From: Candidatus Babeliales bacterium
GTDB taxonomy: Bacteria; Babelota; Babeliae; Babelales; JBFXEV01
DNA: 64,000 nucleotides
Assembly: GCA_050179755.1 (NCBI GenBank)
Contig: JBFXEV010000001.1
Coordinates: 395,567-459,566, forward strand
Direction of reading: 5' to 3'
Positions 1 to 10,068 of the stretch are shown here, one piece after another. The translations under genes were made by a program, and so were the position numbers. The stretch's first letter is position 1. Every line of letters starts with the position of its first letter. Under the pieces are notes generated by a model. It was given only the letters and a program-made list of their open reading frames with translations. It did no database searches and had not been told where the DNA came from.

Positions 1-65
1 ATGCTGATGAAGTGATCAAGCGGGTGCTCATGGCATCTAAAGTAGTGAAAGCTTCTGAATCGTGA
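1..65 (+). CDS. 3' end of an unidentified upstream gene (partial, runs off the window)
   Basis: The frame is open from the window edge (..ADEVIKRVLMASKVVKASES*). Its TGA at 63-65 overlaps the GTG start of the next gene (GTGA junction). Too short to name. Confidence 0.3.
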   Translation, partial: ADEVIKRVLMASKVVKASES

Positions 66-1171
66 CCAAAAAGAAGCGCATTCTAACAATTGGTGGCGCT
101 ACTGAAGATATCTTTCTTGACTATCAACAAGCGCAGACAATGCTAATCAATACTAAGCAGGGGCAACGCTCCTGCTTAGTGCTTGAAGAAGGCGCAAAAC
201 TAGAAATAAATCAACTTACGTATACTACCGGCGGCGGTGCAACCAATTCTGCTACGTCATTTGAACGGCAAGGCTTTGATGTCACGGCATGTTGCAAATT
301 AGGCCTCGATGTGCAAGGCCAATACATTAAAGAACAACTTATCACTAATAACATAGATACTAAAGCGGTATCTTTTCATGAAACTATACCAACCGGTCTT
401 TCATGCATCATAAAAGCACCCAGCGGCAATCATACTATTCTTGCCTATCGCGGTGCAAATACAACACTCAAAGCAAGCGATATCCCTTTTGATATGTTTA
501 AAAATATGGACCTGCTTTATGTCACCTCTCTTTCGGGAGAATCTTCAAAGCAGCTTGGTGTTATTATTGAAAAAGCATTAGCAGCAAAAGTTCCCGTGGC
601 ACTTAACCCTGGCGCCAGCCAACTTGCCTCATGCACCAAAGGATTGTGCACAGCACTCTATGGCATTGATATACTTATTTTAAATGCTGATGAAGCAAAA
701 ACTTTTTTATATGCGCTTATGCAAAGTGATGAGAATTTGAAAAAAGAACTTACACAAAAAGCACCCGGTATAACAAACATTGGAGAACTTTCTCAAGAAA
801 GTATGTACAAAGACATGCACTTTACCATCGAGCGTTACTTTAAGATTATTCTTTCTCGTGGCACACGTGTTGCGGTAGTAACTAATGGTGCAGAAGGTGT
901 GTATGTGGCCACCAAAGATACCATGTATTTTCATAAAAGTTTGCCCGCAACCGTAATTAATACCGTTGGTGCTGGTGATGCGTTTGGCTCTACCTTTGTA
1001 GGTTCGCTCGCAGCTGACTATTCTTTAGAAGAAGCTATTGTACGCGGTATACTTAATGCCGTCTCAGTGATTAGTTCCTTAAACGCAAAAGATGGTTTAT
1101 TGAATGCACGAGAACTTGATCAACGGCTTAAAGATGTTGGCATTGCGGGGATATCAACGTTTTTGCTCTAA
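62..1171 (+). CDS. PfkB/ribokinase-family carbohydrate kinase
   Basis: 369 aa. N-terminal 'TTGGGATNSA' and C-terminal 'NTVGAGDAFGSTFVG' (the DTxGAGD-type PfkB signature). GTG start is coupled to the upstream stop. Confidence 0.8.
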   Translation: MTKKKRILTIGGATEDIFLDYQQAQTMLINTKQGQRSCLVLEEGAKLEINQLTYTTGGGATNSATSFERQGFDVTACCKLGLDVQGQYIKEQLITNNIDTKAVSFHETIPTGLSCIIKAPSGNHTILAYRGANTTLKASDIPFDMFKNMDLLYVTSLSGESSKQLGVIIEKALAAKVPVALNPGASQLASCTKGLCTALYGIDILILNADEAKTFLYALMQSDENLKKELTQKAPGITNIGELSQESMYKDMHFTIERYFKIILSRGTRVAVVTNGAEGVYVATKDTMYFHKSLPATVINTVGAGDAFGSTFVGSLAADYSLEEAIVRGILNAVSVISSLNAKDGLLNARELDQRLKDVGIAGISTFLL

Positions 1172-1519
1172 AACAATCTTACCGTTATCCCTACGAATCA
1201 AAATCTCTTTAGGGCTATCGGCAATAAGCTCATTAAAACGATTAATAACGCCTAATAGTTCAAATTTATTGGTAACTAAGGTGGCTTTTTTATTCGTTAC
1301 TAATGGCTCAAGGCTTACGCGCATTTGATCGCCATACTTTTCGATGAAGGTAACTTTACCAGAAATTTCACCTTCATTGGTTGCAGTGATCCAATCTTGA
1401 AATTGATCAGGGCTGCCGCCATCGGTTAAAAAATGAGCTAATGCAAGCAAGCAATCATCTGTTGCAGCATCAGGAACATAGACCCCTTTGCCAACATATT
1501 TTAATAAAGCATACAACAT
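1154..1519 (-). CDS. hypothetical cytoplasmic protein, distant paralog of 28965..29330
   Basis: 121-aa ORF with no signal peptide. It shares the blocks 'FLxDG' and 'GxhT..KxGxxMxVxL' with the immunity-like ORF 28965..29330. Its end overlaps the convergent PfkB gene by 18 nt. Confidence 0.4.
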   Translation of the reverse strand: MLYALLKYVGKGVYVPDAATDDCLLALAHFLTDGGSPDQFQDWITATNEGEISGKVTFIEKYGDQMRVSLEPLVTNKKATLVTNKFELLGVINRFNELIADSPKEILIRRDNGKIVLEQKR

Positions 1520-1647
1520 ATCTTTTCTCCTTTTGATCTATACGGTTCTAGATACATTCTATCACTTTTATATAATTGCTGGCAATTATATCACTCATTA
1601 TGCTACGTTAAAAAAAAAGACTAACTTTAACTAAAAAAGGAGCATTC

Positions 1648-2046
1648 ATGTTGTGTGTTATAGCATTACTGGCCGTTTTAGGCTTAAGCATATCTCTCTA
1701 TTCTTTTTGGGTTGATCGCAAGTTGCTTCATGACGCCACGTATAAGCCAATGTGCGATTTATCAGACAAAGTTTCTTGTTCAAAGCCATTCTCAACGCCA
1801 TATAGTGAAGTGCTGGGCATATCAAATACGGTCATTAGCATAATTTTTTATACCAGCATGTTTTGGCTTGCAATGGGTTGTTTTTCTAGATCATTGTTTT
1901 TAGGAGCATTAATCTCGGTTGTTGCTTCTATCTATTTGGCATATCTTTTATTTTTTAAAATAAAATCTTTGTGCCTTATTTGTGTATCGCTTTATATTGT
2001 GAACATTCTATTGCTCATTGCAACATATTATAATCTCTATTACTAA
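1648..2046 (+). CDS. VKOR (vitamin K epoxide reductase) family membrane protein
   Basis: 132 aa with about 4 TM helices. Loop cysteine pair 'CDLSDKVSC' and TM-embedded CxxC 'CLIC' are typical of bacterial VKOR homologs. Confidence 0.7.
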   Translation: MLCVIALLAVLGLSISLYSFWVDRKLLHDATYKPMCDLSDKVSCSKPFSTPYSEVLGISNTVISIIFYTSMFWLAMGCFSRSLFLGALISVVASIYLAYLLFFKIKSLCLICVSLYIVNILLLIATYYNLYY

Positions 2047-2055
2047 GGATCTTCT

Positions 2056-2499
2056 ATGTTTTCTAAAATAAAATCATGGTTTTGTAGTGAATCACTGTTT
2101 TCAAAAAACCTTGGACTTTCGGTAATCCGTATTGGTGTTGGCCTTATATTTATAGTGCTTGGTGCAGGAAAGTTAATGGCCGGACCAGAAAAATGGCAAG
2201 ATCTTGGCTTAATGACCCAATACGTAGGCATTTCCTTTTGGCCAAGCATGTGGGGCCTTTTGGGTGCATGTGCTGAATTTTTTGGTGGTATTGCATTGCT
2301 TATTGGATTTGCAACACGCGCTGCCGCTCTTGCCATTGCTTGTGTAATGATTGTGGCAACCGCATGGCATCATGGAAATGGTCATCCATTTATGCAAACT
2401 GCCTACCCGCTTTCATTGCTTTTTGTAATGATTGGGCTAATGATTGCTGGTGGCGGTAATTTTTCTGTTGATCGCTATATACATAGAAACAAGAAATAA
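2056..2499 (+). CDS. DoxX-family membrane protein
   Basis: 147 aa with 4 predicted TM helices. The 'RIGVGLIFIVLGAGKL' / 'AEFFGGIALLIGFATR' pattern is typical of DoxX. It starts 10 nt after VKOR, so the two are probably an operon. Confidence 0.65.
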   Translation: MFSKIKSWFCSESLFSKNLGLSVIRIGVGLIFIVLGAGKLMAGPEKWQDLGLMTQYVGISFWPSMWGLLGACAEFFGGIALLIGFATRAAALAIACVMIVATAWHHGNGHPFMQTAYPLSLLFVMIGLMIAGGGNFSVDRYIHRNKK

Positions 2500-2503
2500 A
2501 ATC

Positions 2504-2541
2504 AAGAAGGGCATGCTCTTAACAAAGAACATGCCCTTCTT
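2504..2541. terminator. bidirectional intrinsic-terminator-like hairpin
   Basis: Perfect 12-bp stem: aagaagggcatg (2504-2515) pairs with catgcccttctt (2530-2541). It lies between the convergent DoxX gene and the small Cys-rich gene and has A/T-rich flanks. Confidence 0.6.
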
Positions 2542-2558
2542 AAAAATTATAACGTCAG

Positions 2559-2714
2559 TTACTTAGCCATTGGATGCTTGTCGTTTTTGCATTCTTTGCA
2601 AGGATGCGAGTTTTTACAGCCGCATTTGCAATCACTGCATTTTTTTGTACAAGCTTCACATGACTTACACATTTTACCTGCTTTGCAGGTACAATTATTA
2701 TTTGAACGTTCCAT
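2559..2714 (-). CDS. metallothionein-like small cysteine-rich protein (51 aa), absent from the ORF track
   Basis: Hand translation: MERSNNNCTCKAGKMCKSCEACTKKCSDCKCGCKNSHPCKECKNDKHPMAK*. 12 Cys arranged as CxC/CxxC. An AGGAGG RBS lies 6 nt upstream of the ATG at 2714. Paralog of 2874..3032. Confidence 0.6.
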   Translation of the reverse strand: MERSNNNCTCKAGKMCKSCEACTKKCSDCKCGCKNSHPCKECKNDKHPMAK

Positions 2715-2873
2715 AGGAACCTCCTTTCTTTTGAGTCAGTTTGTATTAAAACTGACAACTTTACACAATACATCTTCCCATACTTTAGATATATCAAATT
2801 CAGCTAGCAAAAGTAAAGCGTAAAGGTACAAATCCTTAAAAACACTCAAAGCAGCCGATGCTCTCAAGAGTGA

Positions 2874-3032
2874 CTATTCTGGCTGGGCATAAGGATGACT
2901 ACATGTTCCACAGTCATTGCATGGGTGTGCACTATTGCACCCACAATCGCAATCTTTGCATCTTTGCGGGCAACTATCGTGCACTTTGCATACTTTACCA
3001 GTGCCACAATTGCAATTACCTGAACGTTCCAT
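2874..3032 (-). CDS. metallothionein-like small cysteine-rich protein (52 aa), absent from the ORF track
   Basis: Hand translation: MERSGNCNCGTGKVCKVHDSCPQRCKDCDCGCNSAHPCNDCGTCSHPYAQPE*. 12 Cys. An AAGGAG RBS lies upstream of the ATG at 3032. A hairpin plus T-run follows the stop on the minus strand (about 2838-2873). Confidence 0.6.
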   Translation of the reverse strand: MERSGNCNCGTGKVCKVHDSCPQRCKDCDCGCNSAHPCNDCGTCSHPYAQPE

Positions 3033-3119
3033 TATAAACACTCCTTTTTATGATAAATACCTTATGCTCTAGATATAGCAAACTGCTGTGGGAGGGTAAA
3101 GAGTTATGATAGAAAAAGA

Positions 3120-3737
3120 TTAAAAAGACTGATTTTGCGCCAAAAAGCTCAGCAACTTTTTAACTGCTGCAACCCTATGGGACTTTGCGCACGACTGCCC
3201 CATAGTAATAAGCTGGGTAATGGTCTTTCCAAATTCAGGGAGCACAAAAATGCTGCAGTAGGGAAAATCGGGAATATGGGGTGTTTCTGGTTGCTTTCCT
3301 ATCAATCCTTCTCGCACACCGTCAAACGTATGCACGTTGCCAGCAGGATCGGCAAGCGCGAGCACACAAGTAAAACGAGCAGTGCGATCTTGTGCAGGCA
3401 CACCTTTTAATTTTTCTAGAATAAAGGCCCGTTTTTGATCATCAGTCGCATTATCGCCTGCATAACGCCGTGAATAAATGCCAGGCTCACCACCTAAAGC
3501 ATCAATTTCTAAGCCTGAATCATCGGCAAGCACCATATGGCCCGTCATAGAGGCATACGTTTTTGCTTTTAAAATAGCATTTTCTTGAAACGTAGTTCCT
3601 GTTTCATCCACATCATGGGTGATACCCAATTGTGTTAATGAGACCAAGTTAAATCCTGAATCTGTAAGCAAATTCTTAAGTTCTGCAAATTTTGCTGTGT
3701 TGTGTGTTGCAATAACTAATGTTTTGTTGTTGTTCAT
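3120..3737 (-). CDS. rdgB: non-canonical purine NTP pyrophosphatase (RdgB/HAM1 family)
   Basis: 205 aa with Ham1 motifs 'ATHNTAKFAEL', 'TFQENAILKA', 'ADDSGLEIDALGGEPGIYSRRYAG' and a C-terminal 'SHR'. Confidence 0.85.
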   Translation of the reverse strand: MNNNKTLVIATHNTAKFAELKNLLTDSGFNLVSLTQLGITHDVDETGTTFQENAILKAKTYASMTGHMVLADDSGLEIDALGGEPGIYSRRYAGDNATDDQKRAFILEKLKGVPAQDRTARFTCVLALADPAGNVHTFDGVREGLIGKQPETPHIPDFPYCSIFVLPEFGKTITQLITMGQSCAKSHRVAAVKKLLSFLAQNQSF

Positions 3738-4100
3738 AATTAAAATCCTAAAAAATTGAAGCGCATAGCGCGAAATTCTTCGTAGCCAAAAAAGTTACAG
3801 GTAACTTTTAAAATCATCAACTATTCCGGCGAAGTAGAAATAATTGACCCACAGGGGAATAACCCTGAAAGGTACCTAAAAAAAGCAATTTTGAGAGGGA
3901 AATTGCGAAATACTCGCTGTGAAAGACCTGTGAGAAACTTTGTTCAAAATTATACCAGATTAATACTATATGTCAATAACAAGATGAGTCCCGGGCTATT
4001 ATCCTTAACCATTTTACCATTAAAACCTACTTTGAATTTCGACCATATCAAATACAAAACATCCTTGAATTTTAACCAAATTACAGGGGTAGCTATCAAA

Positions 4101-5451
4101 TGAAACGAATAATCGATTATTATCTAAAAAATTGGATCTCAGATCCCCTGCGGCAGCCCTTAATCTTAAAAGGCGCACGGCAAGTAGGCAAAACCCATGC
4201 TACCCGTGAACTGGCAAACATCTTTTGAAAGATTTGTTGAGGTCAACTTTGATCAACTACCTGCGGCTCGTCTTATCTTTGAAGAAGATTTAAAGCCCGA
4301 ACGAATAATAAGAGATCTTTCGTTACTCACCAAAAAAGATATCGTTCCTGGCTCAACTCTTTTGTTCTTTGATGAAGCGCAAGAGGCTCCCAAAGCACTT
4401 CAATCACTCCGCTACTTCTATGAAGAAATGCCTGACCTCCATATAATCGCTGCAGAGCTCCCTTCTTGATTTCACTATTGAAAAAATCGGCGAATCAGTT
4501 GGCCGTGTTGAATCACTCTACATGTACCCACTTTCTTTTATTGAATTTCTTGCAGCACTTGAAGAATACTCTCTCATTCAAGAAATTCTTGTCCATGAGC
4601 TTACTACGGAGCTCTCAACGCCCATTCATGAAAAATGTCTGCGTCTTGTTGCCGAGTATCTTGCCTTAGGCGGCATGCCCGCTGTAGTAAATTGCTGGCT
4701 CACATTCAAGACTCCTCGTCATTGTACAAAAATTCAAAAACGTCTTCTTAATTCTTATAAGCAAGGTTTTAGCAAATATGCAAAAAAACATCAGATTGAA
4801 TATGTTTCTATGCTTTTTAAAGAAGTACCTCGTCAATTAAGTAAAAAATTTAAATATAATGATATTGAAGGTGATTATCGCAAACGGGAACTTCAGCCAG
4901 CACTTAATCTTTTAGAAATCGCAGGCATTATTCACAAAGTATATGACTGTGCGGGCCAAGGAATGCCTCTTGGTGCTCAAATTGACAGTAATGATTATAA
5001 AACTATCTTTCTTGATGTAGGACTCATCCAATCAGTGCTTGCTCTTGACCTTACTGATTGGTTCTTAAATCCATTTAATGAATTTATAAATAAAGGAGCT
5101 CTTGTACAGGCTTTTGTTGGACAAGAATTACTTGCTTACAGCGATCCGCTTGAAAAGAGCGACTTGTATTATTGGCACCGTAATGCTCCCTCTAGTGTCG
5201 CCGAAATTGATTATCTCATTCAACAAGACAATCACATTATACCGGTTGAGGTAAAAAGTGGAGCAGGCACAACGCTCAAAAGCATGCATACTTTCCTTAA
5301 GGATCATCCATTCTCTCCTTATGGTATTCGATTTTCAGCCCAAAATTATTCTATTATGGATAACATTCACTCATATCCATTGTATGCGCTTGCAAAGATT
5401 GCATGCACAGGGCATCACGATATTAAAAAGTCTATTGAGGCACTTTTATAA
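4101..5451 (+). pseudogene. frameshifted AAA ATPase (AAA_14/DUF4143 family), paralog of 17439..18782
   Basis: It begins MKRIIDYYLKNW..GARQVGKT, collinear with the intact paralog. Homology then jumps frame twice, near 4222-4228 (premature TGA at 4226) and near 4454. Three track ORFs (4197.., 4466/4522..) together cover one gene. Confidence 0.8.
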
Positions 5452-5500
5452 TAAGGCAACACCTCACACGTTAACTCTTCTCCTTTTGCTTTATCTTTAA

Positions 5501-7029
<1,529 letters not shown>

Positions 7030-7030
<1 letters not shown>

Positions 7031-7281
7031 TGGATTTAACCATCATACGGCCTACTGGCACCGAAACGCGTAGTGTTGTTTGGGTAGATATTGATACTGA
7101 TGATGTTGGTAACTTTGTAATCAAGCGGGAGCATGCGCCCATGGTGCTTGCAATTGCTGAGCATAAGCCTATTACCGTATTACTCACCAGTGGCAAACAA
7201 GAAACTTTTGCAGTAAAACATGGTGGTTTTGCTCATATTGAACGGGAGAAGGTTACCTTAATTTTGCATGACCAATTCTAA
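7030..7281 (+). CDS. atpC: F1 ATP synthase epsilon subunit, short form (beta-sandwich domain only)
   Basis: The start overlaps the atpD stop (TAATG). The 83-aa product matches the pattern of the epsilon N-terminal domain ('GNFVIKREHAPMVLAI..', 'VKHGGFAHIEREKVTLI'). No C-terminal helical hairpin is encoded. Confidence 0.75.
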
Positions 7282-7348
7282 TAATTGCTCATTGCATTCG
7301 CAATAAAGTTATTAATTATCTTCTCTGACATTTTAAACATCTTGGAAT

Positions 7349-7645
7349 TTGCATGGTACACTACGGACTCTTAAGCATTTTGCTTGTATACCATCGCTCA
7401 TTACAGCAGGCTCACAACCAATCATTGTTAATGAAGCTGGTAATTACGATGTGCAAGAAGAAGAAATAACAACTATAGTAATTGACGCTGATTATGTGAC
7501 CATTAATCTGAAAGATAGCACCATAGACGCTCAAGGCGCCGATTCCGGTATAATAAGAGAAGGCCATAAATATATCACCATTAAAAATGGCACTATTAAA
7601 AATGCAAGAATAGCAGCCAGTATTGCAAAGATTGTGAAGAGATAG
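7349..7645 (+). CDS. hypothetical ORF, possible fragment of a parallel beta-helix repeat protein
   Basis: 98 aa with a TTG start. Contains short repeats of the 'VTINLKDSTIDA / ITIKNGTIKNARI' type. It lies inside the segment bracketed by the atpC 3' duplication. Weak support. Confidence 0.25.
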   Translation: MHGTLRTLKHFACIPSLITAGSQPIIVNEAGNYDVQEEEITTIVIDADYVTINLKDSTIDAQGADSGIIREGHKYITIKNGTIKNARIAASIAKIVKR

Positions 7646-7811
7646 TAACTGAAAAACTCTCTATAGTAAACAGTGGCGGCTTTCTACATGAACCGTCAAA
7701 AGGAGTGTTTATGGTTACAGAATATGGAGAACTCTTTTTAATAGGGAACGACAAGAACTTTTATCTGCCAAGTTTCTATTTAAACACTTTGGATCAATCC
7801 ACTAATTATCA

Positions 7812-7909
7812 TATTACTCAGCAATAAACAAGAAACATTTGCAGTAAAACATCGCGGGTTTGCTCATATTGAGCGTGAGAAAGTTACCTTAATTTTGCAT
7901 GATGCCTGA
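7812..7909 (+). repeat. decayed duplicate of the atpC 3' end
   Basis: About 95 nt align to 7178-7281 (tattactca..aaacaagaaac(t/a)tttgcagtaaaacat..tttgctcatattga..gttaccttaattttgcatga) with a 2-nt indel and point changes. In frame it reads KQETFAVKHRGFAHIEREKVTLILHDA*. Confidence 0.8.
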
Positions 7910-8265
7910 ATACCAAACTGAATCAGCCAGGTTTATGGCGCTTTGTTTTCAGACTCACTGCCTTCTTGATTTCCAGTTTCAATAGCAACTTCATTGATAT
8001 TTTCGACTTTATTTTCAATAATGGTTTTAAGATGCTTCCAGCAAACTTCGCTCTCAATCTTTATATATTCACCGCCAAACACTTTAATCTCTTTTATTTT
8101 TTGTAAAAATGCCCCAATATCTCTGAGTGTGGCGGAAGAAGTTCCTACAAGAGAATCTATCTATTTTATCTGCGAGATATACCAAAAAATTGCAAAATCA
8201 TCACATGAAAAAGAAATTATTATGCCCTATCCACAAGTGCCTAGTATTTAATTGTTGCCTCAACT

Positions 8266-9981
8266 TTATGGTTTATTAAGAATTTCCAGAATACCATCCC
8301 AACGGGTTTTATATTTCCGCTGCAAATTGTTCCATATTGCTTGCGCTTGTTTAGTGTTCATAACAGACAATTTTTTAAACAACCAATCAATATCCCATAT
8401 ACGTATTGTATTGTCATTTGCGGCTGAAACAAGCTTGTTGTCAGAAGTTGCGCATAATAACTGTACAGTCTTTTCATGACCCTTACAGACTACAAGCTTT
8501 TTACCCTGTGTATTCCATACGCATATTGTACGATCAAAAGATGCTGAAACAATCTTATTATCATGCGTTACACAAACCCTATAAACCACATCTGTATGGC
8601 CGTTACACACTGCAAGTTGGTTCCCTTTAATATCCAGTATGCGCACCGTGTTATCTTGCAAACCTAAGACTATTTTATCATCAGGCGTTATGCATAGTGG
8701 CATAACATAACTTTTAGAATCGCTATATATACCATATTGATTACCTTGTATATCCCAGATGCATATTGTTTTAGGATTAAACGGTGAAACTATTTTATTT
8801 TCTGAGGTTACACATAATGAGTTGACAGAATTTGTATAACCATTGAACATGGTGCGTTGAGTGCCATCCAGATTCCAAATGCGTACGCTACCATCATCAG
8901 AATTTGAAACTATCGTTTTGCCATCTTGGGTTACACATACGGATGCAATAAATCCTGTATGACCCTCGCATAGCGCACTTTGTACGCCGTTCATATTCCA
9001 CACACGTACGGTCGTATCACAAGACCCTGAAATTATCGTTGTATCATCGTCTGTTATACACATTGACTTAATGGCATCGGTATGACCATTACACACAGCG
9101 TGTTGAGTGCCATCTATATTCCATATACGAATCGTACCATCTCTAGATCCTGAGACAATTTTATTATTACGGGTAATACATATTACATTAACGCAATCCG
9201 TATGCCCTCTACATATCGCATGCAGGATGCGATCCCTATTCCATATACAAAGCGTGCCATCTTCAGATCCTGAAACTATCATACCATCGTCAGTTATACT
9301 TATTGCCCTAACTCGATTTGTATGCTCATTGCGTATAACGCCACCTTGCTTACCATGCATCGGGCCCAAAATACAAACCATTTGATTTGCAATAATAAGG
9401 TTTCGAATTTCTGGAGGCAAGCTAGCAATTTTATCAAAAGGAATCTTTTTAACATTCATTTCTTTTGCAGCATCAATTGTCAATGCTAATTCCAAAAGAA
9501 GTGGAATATCCAAATAATTTGCTGCTATAATAAAGTCTATAAACGCAACAATATCAAAGGTTTGTATTTTAGCAATAATTTCTTGCTTAATAATATTTTT
9601 TTCTTCTTGATGGTCAGGTTGATCTTTAAATCTGGCAACTAACGGTAATAAGTCGTGAATCTTTTGCCATATAGATGCAGTAATAGTAGGAAGTGGAATT
9701 GCGTTATGCACCGTGTCATTTGCTGCATCTTCCAGTAAATTCTTGATTGTCTCAGATAATTTTAGAAGCTTATCTGGAACTTTAAAATCTTTGCCATCTT
9801 GAGTGGTGATAGTGGAATAATCCTCACTTTCCTGAACTGGCTCCATCCGCCGTTGCTCCTCTGGAGCGATGGCGCGATTGATATCACGACATAGCAATGG
9901 CGAAGTCGGATCCATCCCAAATGCAGAGCTTGCTCCGCATACTGCACCAAGTAATAAAATTAGTATATTTTTCTTTAACAT
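8266..9981 (-). CDS. exported Skp1-like (BTB-fold) domain / WD40 propeller fusion, paralog 1 (8 divergent blades, no C-terminal anchor)
   Basis: Signal peptide MLKKNILILLLGAVCGASSAFG. Skp1-like blocks 'ITTQDGKDFKVPDKLLKLSETIKNLLED', 'NAIPLPTITASIWQKI' and 'IIAANYLDIPLLLELAL'. Eight 'GHT..V..vc.T.d.kIVSGS.D.T.R.W' repeats follow. Confidence 0.75.
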   Translation of the reverse strand: MLKKNILILLLGAVCGASSAFGMDPTSPLLCRDINRAIAPEEQRRMEPVQESEDYSTITTQDGKDFKVPDKLLKLSETIKNLLEDAANDTVHNAIPLPTITASIWQKIHDLLPLVARFKDQPDHQEEKNIIKQEIIAKIQTFDIVAFIDFIIAANYLDIPLLLELALTIDAAKEMNVKKIPFDKIASLPPEIRNLIIANQMVCILGPMHGKQGGVIRNEHTNRVRAISITDDGMIVSGSEDGTLCIWNRDRILHAICRGHTDCVNVICITRNNKIVSGSRDGTIRIWNIDGTQHAVCNGHTDAIKSMCITDDDTTIISGSCDTTVRVWNMNGVQSALCEGHTGFIASVCVTQDGKTIVSNSDDGSVRIWNLDGTQRTMFNGYTNSVNSLCVTSENKIVSPFNPKTICIWDIQGNQYGIYSDSKSYVMPLCITPDDKIVLGLQDNTVRILDIKGNQLAVCNGHTDVVYRVCVTHDNKIVSASFDRTICVWNTQGKKLVVCKGHEKTVQLLCATSDNKLVSAANDNTIRIWDIDWLFKKLSVMNTKQAQAIWNNLQRKYKTRWDGILEILNKP

Positions 9982-10068
9982 GTTATAACCCTTATATCCG
10001 AATCAGTTTCAAAACTGAGACGGGTTTAGCCCGAAGTAGCTAACTTTTATTAGCGAAGACGGGCCCAT
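9982..10068 (-). repeat. conserved 87-88 nt inter-paralog spacer, copy 1
   Basis: gttataacccttatatccgaatcagtttcaaaactgagacgggtttagcccgaagtagctaacttttattagcgaagacgggcccattt. It is nearly identical at all four junctions. It contains short dyads (tcagttt/aaactga, gctaa/ttagc, gcccg/cgggc) and the RBS of the downstream paralog. Confidence 0.8.

Noticed and set aside
3738-4100. The long non-coding gap between rdgB and the ATPase pseudogene could hold an ncRNA or tRNA.
   Set aside because: I could not find a tRNA cloverleaf, a conserved structure or a repeat. The 70-aa track ORF 3891..4103 has no support. The gap is most simply promoter DNA of a decaying gene.
7930-8110. Minus-strand open frame ending ..KEIKVFGGEYIKIESEVCWKHLKTIIENKVENINEVAIETGNQEGSESENKAP* downstream of the atpC duplicate.
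   Set aside because: It reads like protein, but has no ATG start, is under 60 codons after an in-frame TAG, and has no recognisable family. It is probably a gene remnant and is not callable.
9107-9385. Plus-strand ORFs inside the WD40 genes (9107..9385, 14361..14543, 8252..8630).
   Set aside because: These are antisense shadows of the repeat-rich minus-strand genes. Their repetitive low-complexity translations mirror the blade period, and they lack RBS or start context.
9380-9440. F-box-like 'LPPEIRNLI' / 'LPREIRYPI' motif between the Skp1-like region and the propeller.
   Set aside because: The segment is only about 10 residues, and it also aligns to the Skp1 'TPEEIRKTFNI' region. That is too short to call an F-box. 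It is noted only as something to examine in a structural model.
9762-9950. Minus-strand 62-aa ORFs in an alternative frame at the 5' ends of WD40 paralogs 1 and 3 (9762..9950, 13399..13587).
   Set aside because: They lie entirely within the better-supported signal-peptide/Skp1-like reading frame. Their conservation simply reflects the duplicated DNA.
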